Source of the DNA: Octopus sinensis
Taxonomy: Eukaryota
DNA length: 64,000 nucleotides
Direction of reading: 5' to 3'
NCBI RefSeq assembly: GCF_006345805.1
Contig: NC_043001.1
Span: 44,082,001-44,146,000, forward strand
Shown here: positions 1 through 13,289 of the stretch, piece by piece
How positions within the stretch are numbered: the stretch's first letter is position 1
Layout: the number at the start of each line of letters is the position of its first letter
Program-made: the position numbers and the translations under genes
The notes under the pieces: generated by a model
What the model saw: only the letters and a program-made list of their open reading frames with translations
The model's database searches: none
Told to the model about the DNA's origin: nothing

Positions 1-1938
1 ATATGCATCATTCTTACTTCCATCAATACACAAATAAACTGGTGAATTGTTTCGTTAGATTTGTTTACGAACTATCACACACGTGTATACACACACAAAC
101 ACACGCTGAGTGAAGGGATTTTGTAATAAGAGATCTCCAGAACAAGGATCGAATGCAAAAATATTTCACAATTCTTGCTTGCTCGACTAAAGAATAACGC
201 TATAGCTAGTCCCTACATTTTTGTAATCACCTCATTCGACCCTATTGCTTATAACATATTTGATGTTGAAAATATTGAATATAAACACGCTATTTTATCA
301 TTCAACAAGATGATAATTGAGAGAGAGACCCTTCAATGAAAATATTACATTTAAAATTACCCCCACCCCACCTCGCCAAAATCATAAAATAAAATTGCAT
401 ACTTTAGTACTTTCTCTTTTCCGTCCCGGGAAAATCAGGTTTTACTTACCCACAGTATTTCCACATCTTAATCAGCAATTTTAACCTTCTTTATTCATTA
501 CTTTCAACAGTCACATGGCATAAAGAGGAATTGCACACTCAATCTTTTAATTCATAAACACTCATAATCATAATAAATGAAACCCCTCAGCAATTTCTCT
601 TCAAAGGAAGTGTTGTCATTTCTTTTCTTTGAGAGGCAATATCGCAGCTCAAGTAGCTAAAATGGCTGCATTATTGCCGGGTTCGGATATCCTTATTAAT
701 TCAATTAGGAATTTTTCCCTATCATTTATTTCAGTATTTAAAGCAGAAGAAACTAGTATTTATAAAGAATACGATAATCTGATGATATCAGATTAATGCA
801 ACGGTTCAGAACGCTAAGATATGAATTTCTTTTAAGCTTAGAATTATGTCCACTAATAGGTGTTGGTTTTCGCACAGTGGTACGGCACAGGTTTCCAGAG
901 TGACAGGTGGTGCATTTTTTTTTTTCACACTGCGGACGTCAGCAAGTTTATTACATCTAACAGAGTAAAAGATGCTAAACTTAACTAGATTAAATTTTGT
1001 AACCACGAACATAACAACAGTACGCTAACCCCTACAAGCGGTTTTTTTTTTTTAAATTATAAACATGCAAAAGGGTGTTCAAGTAAATATGAAACTATTC
1101 TGTTAACATATCATATTGAATTGTATGCATAAGAAAACATGAATATTAAAAAAAAAATTTTAAAAACATGTCTATGTTCAATATACTAACGCGTACATGT
1201 GTAAACATAAAACTCAGCACGATCCAAACAAAATAATGGAAAGAGGCGGGGCTAAGAGAAAACAAGGACGTAGAAATAATTGTCATAGAATCGAAATAAA
1301 CAAAGGAGCATTATGTGAAATATATCAGGCTGTAGTTCAAAATAATGCTTCGATGCTGGCAGAAAAAGAGAAAATAAGCAGACTACTACAGGCACACGAG
1401 CAAGTGTTATATATACAAATGTTTAATTGATTACTTACCTAGCCACATCGATGACAAAAAGTAAGAATATTAATGTTATTTCTCACTCTCGTGTAATCTC
1501 GTTCCTTACCACATGACTTATACAATAGTCGTCTGCTACTCAAGAAAGTCGTTTCGACATGAAAACCTACCTGTCTGCGACACCAATAATGTTGATGATA
1601 ATCACTTTATTTTTAAGTATAGAAAAATGATATTGATTTCCCGTTGAAACGAAGTCTTGCAAAGATTTAGATGCTCATTATTTTTCTTTTCTAACAAATA
1701 TACCATATGTTTATTGAAATAAACAAATGCCGCATTATCTGTTGAATAATTTGTTCACCTATGCTCCGTAGATAGTATTGTAAAAGTGTTGCTGTAAAGA
1801 ACCAGCCAGTGATAGCCGCTACAGCAACTACTCTAACACACAAGATGTTGGCGGCGTGGCGAGAGGTTCTTTCTCCAGGCAAGACGTCCTCATCCCAGTG
1901 TGACAGGGAATCGCAGCGTGTTCGGAGAAGGTTTAAAC

Positions 1939-2418
1939 TAGTGGTTCTCAACTGGGGTCCATATGGCCCCTTGGAGTCCGTATAAGATTTCTGGGCTTCC
2001 ACACAAGCAAAATAGTAAATTTGGAATCCACGACAGTATTTTATGTGTCCATGAAAAATTTTTGCTTTAGATATATTTATTGCTAGAAACAGCTGAGTTT
2101 CTCTGAAGTTTTATATAGCTAAGCTTACTCAAGTTGATGTGTGATAACTAAAATAGGAATTTTGAAAGTGTCTATAAAAGTGGTCTTTAAACAGCGAATG
2201 GCTATGGGGTTTCCTTGAACGAAACAATAATCAAAGGGGTTCATAGATAATAAAAAATGGTTGAGAACCACGTTTTACATAGTTCAGCCTACTCAAGGGA
2301 ATGTGTGATAAACAAAATAGGAATTCTGAAAGAAGCATCTATAAAACTAGTTTTTAAACATCGAATGGCTATGGGGGTTCATTAGAACAAAATAGTAATG
2401 AAAGGTTGAGAACCCCTG
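1939..2418. mobile_element. hAT-type non-autonomous element (MITE) with internal tandem duplication
   Basis: TIRs TAGTGGTTCTCAAC / GTTGAGAACCCCTG; perfect 8-bp TSD GTTTAAAC at 1931-1938 and 2419-2426; ~165-bp internal direct repeat. Confidence 0.85.
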
Positions 2419-2621
2419 GTTTAAACAAACAGTGAGTGGAACTACAGTCAGCTATTCAGGGAAACGGAATATGATACATTGTGGTAAGTATATCAAAACA
2501 AATATCAAATGAAAGAGTATCTCCACTCTCTCGGAAGGTGAAAGAGTTAAATTATTTTCATTCTTTTATAATTTTCAGCCCTAAGGCTGTGGCCATGCTA
2601 GAGCACCAAAAATTATGTATA

Positions 2622-3094
2622 CTGTAAATCCTTGGGTATAATCCGCATTTTCCCCCCAAATTTAAAGGTCAAAATCTCTAGTGCATACTATATACGAGGT
2701 CAGAAATGAAAAATATTTTCTAAGTAATGTCCCAGTCACTATTTACTGTCCGGCAATGTTTATTCAGACGCATTTCGTGATGTCGGGCGCGAAAATACCT
2801 TAAGCTAAGCCTGAAAGCAATGAAGTCATGAAAGAATCATCCATAACTTGCAGTAACAAAAACAACTTGCAAACATATTTACTTTCCCATATAACAGTTA
2901 AGAACATCACCATTATTGTATTACGCATGTGCGGAAGTGTTTGTTCGACTAAGTGCTGCTGGCTTAATTACGCACGACTCAAGTTAGAGAAAGGGTGCGT
3001 ATTATACACAAAGTATAGGTTTTTCAGAGGTACAGCCCCATAAAAATCCCCTGCGTATTATACTCAAGGGCGGACTATACTCGGGGATTTACGG
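2622..3094. mobile_element. pogo/Tigger-like (Tc1-mariner superfamily) MITE
   Basis: TIR CTGTAAATCCTTGGGTATAATCCGC vs reverse complement of right end CCGTAAATCCCCGAGTATAGTCCGC; TA on both flanks. Confidence 0.75.
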
Positions 3095-3247
3095 TATATA
3101 GTTCTTCTGTATCTGCAGTTTTATCAATTTCGTTGTCTTTTCAGTGTCCCAATTATAGCAATAATTACACAGGTATGTAGCGGGCTTAATGTGAGATGCC
3201 AATTCACGTCGACATGATGTAGCCCACTACTAAATGTAGCGTGTAGA

Positions 3248-3868
3248 TGTAACGCTTCAAGGTTCTCGCTTCGCAGTAACCAGTGAACAGCGAAGAATCA
3301 ACACCAAGAAGGAAGAAATATTATTTACTTATGTTTATTCGTTTGCCCAACAGGTAAAAAGACAGTAGTAATTGTAGTGATAGTGTAGAAAAAGGTTGGC
3401 TCGCTGGTTAGCAGTTGGTAGTGCGTAGAAGTAGTCTGTCAGTAGAGTTGTCTGGTAGTCTGTCAGTAGAGAGTGAAAGAGTAAAGAATGCACAGTGCTG
3501 ACTAGAAAGGATAAAGGTGACATCGTCTTTCTTGCGGCCGAAAGCTTCTGTTCGTACGTCGAGCTAAGGGAGAAGGAAAGTGTTGCTCTTGGTCATGGCT
3601 GACGCAGAAGAGCATGTTGCTCCATGGTCTGTTGACACAAAAAAGAGGAAGAGATAGGAAGTGTTCTCTGTTGTAAAGGGTATGGTCAGTAATGTAGGTA
3701 AAACCCTAAACAAAAGGCTGACCATTCCTTGATAAGCACAGTTCCTAGGGGGTCGAGTGTTTCCTCATCAATCATCTGTTGTGGAGAGGATTTCCTGCTT
3801 GTTTTGACAAGCAATAAACGGGTGGATTTGGTTTCAAATCTCAGGCAGGGTGAAGCTAGATCTCTACA
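3248..3868 (-). mobile_element. Putative solo LTR (family 3)
   Basis: Minus strand reads TGTAGAG...CGTTACA, same terminal style as the other LTRs in the window; no TSD found. Confidence 0.4.
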
Positions 3869-4639
3869 GGTATTTTAAAAGCACAAGTCCTTTATTACAT
3901 GTTCTGTGGCTAAAAATGATGACTCACTGGTGGTAGGGGTTATTAAAGCTTAAGTATCCACAATCTTCATACAAGTCTTAAGGAGACAAAAATGCTTTCC
4001 TTTCAAACCAATTCAGTTGGCAACTTTACACTGTAAAACCCTTTATTCTGTACGTTTCCTTGAGTCCTGCCTTGATTATATCCAATATCAGCAAGAGAGT
4101 CTATTCACGGGCTTCTGGATCTGCAAAAATATTAGCAAAATCTCCCTCAGTCCAAATAAAGAGGGTACAAACAATGTAATTCCCGACAAGCAAAAAGATG
4201 GGTTGGTCATAGCTGGAACGTTTTTGATTATAAATCTATTCAGTTAAAGCTAACAGCCACAACTCACTCACACGAGCTGTGTTTCTTTCCCGTTCAGAGT
4301 TTAGACAATGTTGTGTAGTCAAGAAGTTTGCTTCGCAACTACGTTGTTTTAGGGTCGATCCCAATGTGTGGAAACTTAAGTGTTTTCAACCACAGCCTTG
4401 TGAGTGAAATTGGGTTAATGAAAACTGTGTAGAATTCCTTCAGAGCAACCATTCCTACACTTAAATGCTCGGTTTAAAATTACTATTTGGTACCTGGGTA
4501 TTTTCAGTAGAGTACACTCTGTTTCAAGTATTAGGACCAGCAATGTTATCTGAGGATAAAAAAATGTTATCTGAGGTGCTAAAAAAAGCGTAATGTATGC
4601 TGTTCTTCCTCCTCTAAGTCATGTAAAAATATCTTTCAT

Positions 4640-4933
4640 TGTCTAAAGGTCGAACGGTAAAGACCTCCTTCGGTTACGAATGACCATGGGATTGTACTTA
4701 GAAAGTCCCTCTCCAAGGCTCAAGTCCAGGTAAGGTTGTTTATGGAAGACCAATAGCCGCCCATGCATACCGGCCTCCCCTCGCCATGCCGCTGATGTTA
4801 TCTAAGGGAAAGGCAAAGGTCGATACAGCTTAGCGCCAGTGATGTCGCAACTCAGTTTTACAGTTGAGTGAACTGGAGCAACGTGAAATAAAGTGTCTTG
4901 CTTAAGGACACAAGACACAGCCCGGTCTGAGAA
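4640..4933 (-). mobile_element. SINE fragment with CORE-like central domain
   Basis: Minus strand TGTGTCCTTAAGCAAGACACTTTATTTCACGTTGCTCCAGTTCACTCAACTG resembles the conserved post-tRNA block of metazoan SINEs. Confidence 0.55.
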
Positions 4934-6104
4934 TGGACGGGTCACACTATATTTCAATTTCTTTCTGAAAGGTGGTATATCTGTAATTTTCTAAAAATCT
5001 ACTCTCCTTATCACTTGCTTTAATAAAGCATCGTTTCTCTAAGTTCACTTAGAATCTCTATCTTGACTGATAGTTCTTTGAAGCTGTTGCAACCCTAAAT
5101 TAGTGCTGATCAGATAGATTTATGATCAAAGACATTCCAACCGTAACCATTCCGCCTAATTTGCAAACAGTGAAGTATCTTCTTTTCGTTGATGCTTTTG
5201 CGAGAATATGGTCTAATTTGAAGGGGATTTGGCTGCTATTTGTAGCAGATCGAGCAACAACGTTCTAATCCCTTCGTCTCGTCGTTATCATCTCCGGTAA
5301 CTTGCATGCACACAGCCTTCTTCTTATTTCTGTATTTCTCCCACATTGCTTGTGTGTAAATAAAGTTTTCCATCTTCAACTGTACACGTTACAGACGCAC
5401 CGATTCCCGAAATTATTTCCCCCAGATATAAGCCAAGCCTTTAACCCAGCCATTACCGTCATCATGTTCTCTATCGAATTCGTTGATCGTTATCTGTTCA
5501 ATACAACCTGTCTGACATATATTGCTATACAATCTTTTTCTATAAAATTCCTCAGGTACTTTTAACCATTGCTCTATTAGTTCTACGCTGACTACTCGTG
5601 ACACCTTCATATACCACGCCCAAATTCGTCACTTTCAAATCCAAGTTAGCTTGTAGAGTCCTTGTAGTTGAATAGGTTAAGCAACTCTACTATCGACGTT
5701 TGATGGAAGTCGATCATTATCACCAACTAGAATGCGTTTTCCTACAACCGACAAGTACGACAATCGGAGAAGCAAAAAGCACCGCAAGTTACGCGCGGTC
5801 TACAAGCACTCTCACTTCTGATTTTGTAGCTTGTCCCTTATCATCAAAAAAGTTTCTCCCACAAAATGGCTCTTAACAGTACTCATGTGCATAAAAGCCA
5901 CCTTAGTTACTGTTCAATTTCTTAAACGCTAAGAAAAGCTTCAAATTCGCAGCAAAAAGCTTCCAGAAATGCCCTTCTCTATGACACCTATTTCACCACC
6001 GTAAGCATGCAATAGCTAAGTGTAAGAGCTTCTATAATCACACCAAAACAAGAAGTTTACCTTCGGCTATCCTGAAGTAGCTCTTAGTATTACCAATTGT
6101 CTCT

Positions 6105-6320
6105 AAGGTGATGAGATGGCAGAATCGTTAGCACACCGGGCGAAATGCTTAACGGCATATCGTCCGCCTTTACATTTCGAGTTCAAATTCCACCGAGGCC
6201 GACTTTGCCTTTCATCCTTTCGGGGATCAATAAAATAAGTGCCAGCTGATTACTGAGGTCGACGTAATCAACTTATTCCTTACCCAAAATTGCTGACCTT
6301 GTGCCAAAATTTGAAATCAA
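6105..6320 (+). mobile_element. SINE, family B (GGCGGCGAGCTGGCAGAA head)
   Basis: Diagnostic GTTCAAATTCC.CCGAGG.CGACTTTGCCTTTCATCCTTTCGGGG block shared with many copies in the window. Confidence 0.85.
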
Positions 6321-6336
6321 TATTATTCAATATTGA

Positions 6337-6594
6337 CTACGGACTATTCAAATTTATGGAAATAGGCTACAATGTGTCTCTATTCCTAAAAACAGAAACC
6401 TTCCTGACACTGCCGACTACGTATCTATTGCCTTCATTTCCAAATCCAAAGCTGGTGGAAAAAGATGTATGAGTTGCTTTCTTTCAAAAATCAGTCCGGC
6501 TTCTATACATTCAGATCTAGCAGATGACGAAGCAAAGCTGTTTATATTTGATATTAACAACATTTTGACTGTGTCTACCATAGGGACTTTCTAG
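6337..6594 (+). pseudogene. Possible degraded non-LTR reverse-transcriptase remnant
   Basis: 85-codon open frame without upstream ATG contains IPKNRNLPDTADYVSIA (like IPK..NYRPI) and LADDEAKLF (like FADDAKL); motif spacing would need a large deletion. Confidence 0.25.
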
Positions 6595-7691
6595 CTTCTA
6601 CTGAAATGGTCCCTCCAGGTGTGTGTACATTATTTCTTTTCTAATGTTTGCTACAATGTCTACTCCTTTTGCTTATCATTTAAACTCGTCTTGGTAGCAG
6701 AAAATACTTTCGTTCTTATATTTGTAGCAAGAGTCGAAACCGAGATGTCAAATTACCAAATTAAAATCACAGCTTAGCAACTGCTTGTTCGTGTGAGCGG
6801 CCGAGTTATGAACCCATCACGTGATATATCATAATAGAAGCTTCCAGAATATTCCCCTAACAAGGCCTATAAATTGGCACCTTTTTGAGCGCCTATCTTT
6901 AGTGTGTGGCAACCCGCAGCTCAACTCCGCGTACTCTCTTCCTCAATTTTGATATGCTGTCCTAGTTGACCGATATCAATCCAGTGTGTATTTTTTTCTC
7001 CTGTTACGGCAAGCTTAATTACAGAGCGTTTTTAATAAACCATTTGTAAAAACTACAGAATTATTCTGTCCATTGTAACGTCTATATTGTTTCAATTTAT
7101 AATTCATAACCAGCATGAAAATTACTTGTGCGGTTAAATGAATCATGTTATGTTATCACGAGTGTTGTGCATTCATTACACGCAGCCTAATTTCGACTCG
7201 ACTGCTAGCAATCTTCCATCTTTTGTCTATTATAGCAAATCAACAACATATTGGTGATATATTCATAGCCTCCACTTCTGTTTTAAGCGCTTCTGTTGTA
7301 GTCGGGATCAGATTTAGACACTGTCTCGACCTCCAGACTACTAACCCTAGCGGAACATCAAAAATGTAGCTGGAGGGAGAGAAGGCTGCTTTTATCTAAC
7401 CTGTAGAAGCGAGGTTTATTTGAAGGCGACCTCTATCCATTTTATCACCATTATAAAATATATACAGCTTACAGAATGGAAAGTTTGTATTCCATCTAGC
7501 GTGACTCTACTCAGAAGGCTGTAATATCACTTAACAGGAACACGGTATAAAGAAATACATGGAACAAGGTAGTAACTTTAAATGTTTTTTATGCCGGCCA
7601 CACGTATATATACACAAGTTGAATGATAAATGGATGTGTTTGATGGACATTTAATCATATATCTACATGCATCTGCGTGGGTTGTATGTTT

Positions 7692-8088
7692 GCTGTTAAC
7701 CCTGGTGAGGAACTCACGAACAGCGATATATTAGAACCTGTGCAGTGTGTTGGTGCTATGTAGAGATATTGTTGACGACGTTGGTGAGAGACATGATGGT
7801 GGTGACGAAGATGGAGGTCGTTGTAATGTGGTCAGTGGTTAGACCTTTGAAGGTCTGAAACCAACAGACTTCGAGACTAGGCGGAGGTGAGATTTTATAC
7901 GTAACGGTAGGCTCAAATGTAGTTTAGAACAGACTGTCTCACGTGATTTATTTGGAGGCTGTGACTGGTTAGGTTGCATATTGGCGTGCGATAGAGTAAA
8001 AGACAAATTGCGCCAATATCAATCAATTAGAGTGGTAGACACAACGGGGTCCAAAACAGCGTCCAAAGATTAGCTGTTGCCTGCTACG
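7692..8088 (-). mobile_element. LTR-like repeat (family 2), partial
   Basis: Aligns by eye with 30068-30551; minus strand begins CGTAGCAGG (decayed TGTAG-type start). Confidence 0.5.
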
Positions 8089-8389
8089 TTCGTATGTATG
8101 TTTATATAATATAGAGAGGAAATTCACTAGAGTTCGCTACAAGCTTTTATAGATTCAGTAATTCACTAGTCCACAACTACTTATTAGCAGATTTAATAAC
8201 ATTTAACCTATATATCTACCTAGAAACCGCTCAAGTCACGGCTACCTGCAGACACACTTTAGAGCAGAACGCAATATCTATCAATATACGCTCTGATACA
8301 TTTCACTCTTCCTTAATCTTCTACACACATAACTTAAATTTTTTGTGTCAGGCTTTCATGAAGAGAGATCTCAGTAACATCCTCTAAAG

Positions 8390-8644
8390 CAGTGATTATC
8401 AACCATTTTTTTTTTTTTGCCTATGGACATCTTTGATTCCTATTTTATTTTACTTGATCCACACAGCCATTCAATGTTTAGATAAATATTTTTATAATTA
8501 AATATGAGTAGGAGTTGTATTTTAAAAATCGTTGAAATATTTTAAGTACTGTAGAAGTATAAGCAAGACATTACACATAAATTTTAACAACGAAATCTTA
8601 TTTGGACCCCCAAAGATCATATGAACCCCGGTTGAAAACCACTG
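8390..8644. mobile_element. hAT-type MITE
   Basis: TIRs CAGTGATTATCAACC / GGTTGAAAACCACTG; perfect 8-bp TSD CTCTAAAG at 8382-8389 and 8645-8652. Confidence 0.9.
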
Positions 8645-10030
8645 CTCTAAAGAATTATTAGCCTCCTTCAATAAAACAATGACACGCAATTGCTACATAT
8701 ATCAAGTAACAACATTTCACAGCGCACAGTTTGCATGGACAAATATGTACACAAGACAAAATGCTAAGCCTCTGACAATATCAGATGGTCGCGCATGACT
8801 CGTATTTCGTATACATAACATTACCAAACTTAATAACAGCAACCAGGCTTCCTTTTTCAGGATCAGAGGATATTTGAGCGCTAATCAGTTACTGATCCAC
8901 TTTAAGGTACAAATGATGAGTAATTGGAGTATTATTCACATATCTGGAACAGCGCTAGCAACACGAACATTTTAGACTGCGAACCACCCAAGCCACCTAC
9001 TTGATTGTCGAAGACTCACCAGGCAATGGTTTATAAATGTGCGTTCTCACAGTTCTCTGTTCCTCCCTCACCCTCTCTCTTTGTATTCCCCCCTATCTCT
9101 CTTTCTCTATCACCCATAAACTTTACTCTAATTATTTCCCACAATGTCTTCTCGGAACTACAATGCCATCGAATTCTCTTGTTGTCTGCGATTTCAGTTC
9201 AATTCCTGTCAAGGTCCACTTTGCATTTAATCCTTTTAGGAGTTGATAAGTACCAATCCACTACTAGATTCGTCTCTTCTCCCCCCTCCTCTGTCCCTCC
9301 TCCTTTCCTCTGTCCCTCCCCCTCTCATCTCTCCCTCCTCCTCTTCCCCTCACTATTGTTAGTCTATTGTCATCTCCTCCTCCTCCTCTCCCCCTCTCTT
9401 TGTGGTTAGTTTATTAGTCTAATAAACTTCCTTTTCAATGTATTGCTATCAATAATCAAAATATCCAGTCATTACTCTACCTCCCATCATTTCGTAGTCG
9501 CTCGTTCACTTAAGTGAACAGCGTTCCTACTACAACCTGTGCAGTACCACGATGTGATCTCGTCCACAAGCTGACAACCCTATGGACATCCAAAATAGAA
9601 CGTGCCGTACTGTCAACCGAAATATTGTTTCGGGAATAAACACTCGTTAACCTTTAAGATATCCAATCTTTCTTTTTACCACTGAGACTGTAGCCGGATG
9701 TCTCCATAGCAAATGTGCTCCTCCGAGTATCCCAGGGAGCTCAAGAAGAAAAAAAAGATCATTTGTTCTCAATACGATTCAAATTAATATTATTTTCGTT
9801 TTGTAAAGTTCGGTACAGAGGTGTTACATATGTTACGTCCCAAAGCAATCGTATTTTCATTTTCTGAAGTGAAGTTTTGTACAGAAGAATTTTAAATTTG
9901 TAAATAGTGACATTGAAAACCACAAGCAAACAATTCCACCGAAGAATAGACCTTTATTTGGAAGAAAGTCTCGTTAAGCTAAGGCGATGCAGCTAGAAAG
10001 GAAGAACGAAAATGCAGAGCAGCAACAAGA

Positions 10031-10409
10031 GTGGAGGTGCAATGGTCCAATGGTTAGGGCAGCGGACTCGCGGTCGGAGGATCGCGGTTTCGATTCCCAG
10101 ACCGGGCGTTCTGTATGTTTATTAAGCGAAAACACCTAAAAGCTCCACGAGGCTCCGGCAGGGGGGGGGGGGGCGATCCCTGTTGTACTCTTTCGCTCCA
10201 ACTTTCTCTCACTCTTTCTTCCTGTTTCTTGTCCCCGACTTCCTACGCAACCGCTGAGCCTGGATGCGCATTCATCCATCCTTCGATGCTCTCGGTGTCG
10301 GGGGTTGACCTGCTTTCTCTTCTACGGGTCTTACGAATAGCACAAAGGACCACGTTTCGGACTTCTCCCATTCTGGGACGAAGACCGCTTCGCTCAACAA
10401 ACAAACAAG
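10031..10409 (+). mobile_element. tRNA-derived SINE, family A, tail type 1, inserted in the Helitron ORF
   Basis: tRNA-like head with A/B boxes (TGGTCCAATGG, GGTTTCGATTCC); (CAAA)n tail; 12-bp TSD GCAGCAACAAGA at 10019-10030 and 10410-10421. Confidence 0.92.
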
Positions 10410-10568
10410 GCAGCAACAAGAAAGACTCCAAAAACAAAAGAAAAGAACAGCGGAATATAGGCAAAATGAATCAGAAGAACAAAACTTAAAAAGACTTGCT
10501 GATAATAGGACAATGAAAGCAAGTATTCGTCAAAAGAAATCAGCTGTACGAAAATCAATGGAAACAGA

Positions 10569-11962
10569 CTAACATATGAAATCCTCAGAGAAACAAATTA
10601 TGACATTGATAATTTGGCAAAATCTGTGAAAGAATATGACGAAAAGTTACTTCCACATCAAAGAGAAGCATATGAAGCAGTTGTTGACAACATTAGGCAC
10701 GAGAAGGATGGACTGTTCTTTCTAGATGCACCACGAGGAACTAGAAAGACATTTGTTATAAACCTACTTTTGGCAAATGTTTGACAGCAAAGAAAAATTG
10801 TCATTGCAGTTGCGCCCTCGGGCATTGCTGCAACCCTTCTACGTGGAGGCCGTACAGCCTATTCAATTTTCAAACTTCCATTGGATAGGCGGTCTAATGA
10901 AAGTCCTGTATGCAATATCAGCAAGAATTCAAGAATAGCTGAAGTTCTCAGAAGATGCCAATTGATAATATGGGATGAATATACAATGGTACATAAGAGA
11001 ACCGTTGATACTGTTGACAGGTCATTACAAGATATTCAAAATAATGATTCCCAAATGGAAGGTGTTACAGTGGTTCTATCTGGTGATTTTAGATAAATCC
11101 TTCCAGTTATTCCAAAGGGAACGAGAGCTGATGAAATTCGCGCATGTTTTAAATCATCGCACATGTAGCACCGTCTAAAAGTATTGAAGCTTGAAACAAA
11201 CATACGAGCATATCTCCATGGTGACAGATTATCTGAGCAGTTTGCTCAAGTCTGATTAATACTGGGAGAAGGAAGAGTACCTGTAGACAATGATCCACCA
11301 CCTATTTGTACAGTGGTGAAATCAGAGAAAGAACTTATTAACAAAGTCTTCTCAAATCTCAGTACACAACATAAGGATCACAAATGGTTGAGTGAAAGGG
11401 CAATTCTTGCCCCGAAAAATATAACAGTGAACAGAATAAACTTTGATCTCTTAATGTGCCTTCCTAGAAATTGTCACTCATACAGATCTATTGATACTGT
11501 TGTTGACCAATTAGAAATAGCAGATTATCCAGTTGAGTTTTTAAACTCACTGGAACCACTAGGTTTACTTCCTCATAAGCTTGACTTGAAACTTGGAGCA
11601 CCTATAATGCTCCTAAGTAATTTGGATCCTCCAAAATCGTGCAATGGGGTAAGACTTATTGTGAAGAAAATTATACCACATGTTATAGGAACTACTGTGG
11701 AGCAGGCGATAATGCATTCATTACTAGAATTCCATTAACACCTACTGATTTACCAGTACAATTTAAAAGAGTACAGTTTCCAATTAGACTAAATTTTGCA
11801 ATGTCCATCAACAAATTGCAAAGACAGACATTATCAATAACTGGTTTGCAATTAGAGGAGCCTTGCTTCTCTCATGGACAATTGTATGTTGGATGCTCAC
11901 GTGTTGGAAGTTCCAAAAATCTTTTCATGTGTAATCCACTGGGAAAAACTTATGTTTTATGA
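10569..11962 (+). pseudogene. Helitron PIF1-family 5'-3' DNA helicase pseudogene
   Basis: Walker A remnant DAPRGTRKT, SGIAATLL.GGRTA, IIWDE (Walker B), LSGDFR, FAMSINKLQ, FSHGQLYVGCSRV; in-frame stops near 10790, 11094, 11166, 11253 and a frameshift near 11700. Confidence 0.95.
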
Positions 11963-13289
11963 TAATTTTGATAATTTGCTTTTATGTGTCTTCTATTTCA
12001 AGTATATTATTGTTGTTGTTGATCTCACTGAATTTGTTATACTAGTCATATTAGAATCACTAATCACAATAATTATTAAGAAAAACTCGTTTAAATTTTT
12101 GAATGAAATCTCATTGTAATCTTTAAACCGGGCAACGCCGGGTACTTCCGCTAGTGTGTGTGTGTATATATATATATATACACACAGACACTATATTGTT
12201 CAGTGTGTCCTTCCCTTTTCATAGTAGGGTGTAGTTTTAATGGAGATTTGGCTGTTCTTCCTAGTTGGTCCAAAAATATTAGAAATTGCGTGTATTCAGA
12301 GTATGTTAGTCATGGATGTCGACGCGATTTCTGATTTTACAATTTGTGCTTTACTTCCTTTAAACAAGTAACACAAAACCTGTGATACTCGTTTCTGTTG
12401 GCCTATTTGCACTCACATTTCAGTTGCTTTCTCCTCTCACCTGACCCTTTGAATAAAACCTGTGGCTAAGCTAGATGTGCATACCACCTGGCACAGTCCT
12501 TCAATTTATAGTCCACGCACCCAGGCCCCCGAACTTATACAGGCTAATACAACATACATAAGAAAGCCGTACTCACAGAAGTGTCACCTGGGGCGAACCA
12601 ACCCCCGTCACGCTATCTCCATCTATACTATATATATTCATTTATGCTTTAAATTAGCATAAAAGATTTCGGAAATATATATTTACCTTTGTATCATTTC
12701 TTTCTATATTTTTTTCGTTGTAGAAGTAATAAGGTTGTTCAGTACGTTATACTATACGGTTATTAGTATAATAAATCTCTTCTTTTATTTCTTGACTTAA
12801 TTTTTACTTATTATACCCAGATTAAACTACTTTCCTTACAGTGTGCATGTGTGCGTGTGCTTGTTCGTGTATGGAAGATTATGTCTGTGATTTTAAACAC
12901 ACTGAAAGGTGTTAAAAACGTCTGTCTTTCAGGTTTTATTAGCTCTGGGTTGTTTACTGGATAGAGCAACAATCTTCAAATCACAATAGCTCATTGGTAA
13001 ATCCAGCTTAAGGATATATATTCACATAAATGAAATGATTAGGGTCATGAATTCAAATAGCATATTCATGAAAACATAAATGGATCTATGATCCACATAG
13101 GATCTATTTAATCTCAATCACGAAGTTTCAAATTGTTAGTTAAAAAAAAATAATTAAAAAATCTGAGATTGAGATGGAATAGATCCACGTAAATCTACGT
13201 ATGAGAATATTGAAAGATAAAGTAACGACACCGCAACGTGTAATTTACCCATGAAAAAACCCGAAAGAAAGTAATTAAAAAGAACTCCC

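Larger units (their letters stand above)
9933..12154 (+). mobile_element. Internally deleted Helitron
   Basis: Helitron-type basic/acidic N-terminal ORF remnant (PPKNRPLFGRKSR...RQNESEEQ), then PIF1 helicase remnant, then 3' hairpin ACCGGGC-AAC-GCCGGGT and terminal CTAG at 12151-12154 followed by T; exact 5' end not located. Confidence 0.9.

Noticed and set aside
445-520. Minus-strand GTAAGT donor with a short MWKYC reading, and the plus-strand AAAATGGCTGC start near 660
   Set aside because: No supporting acceptor, long frame or partner exon; chance occurrence is likely.
10033-10110. tRNA-like sequences (also 20718 and 35123) as tRNA genes
   Set aside because: The acceptor stem does not close, and each continues into a SINE body; two have TSDs.
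13100-13190. 20-bp inverted repeat with ~50-nt spacer
   Set aside because: Too short and imperfect to classify; probably a MITE remnant.
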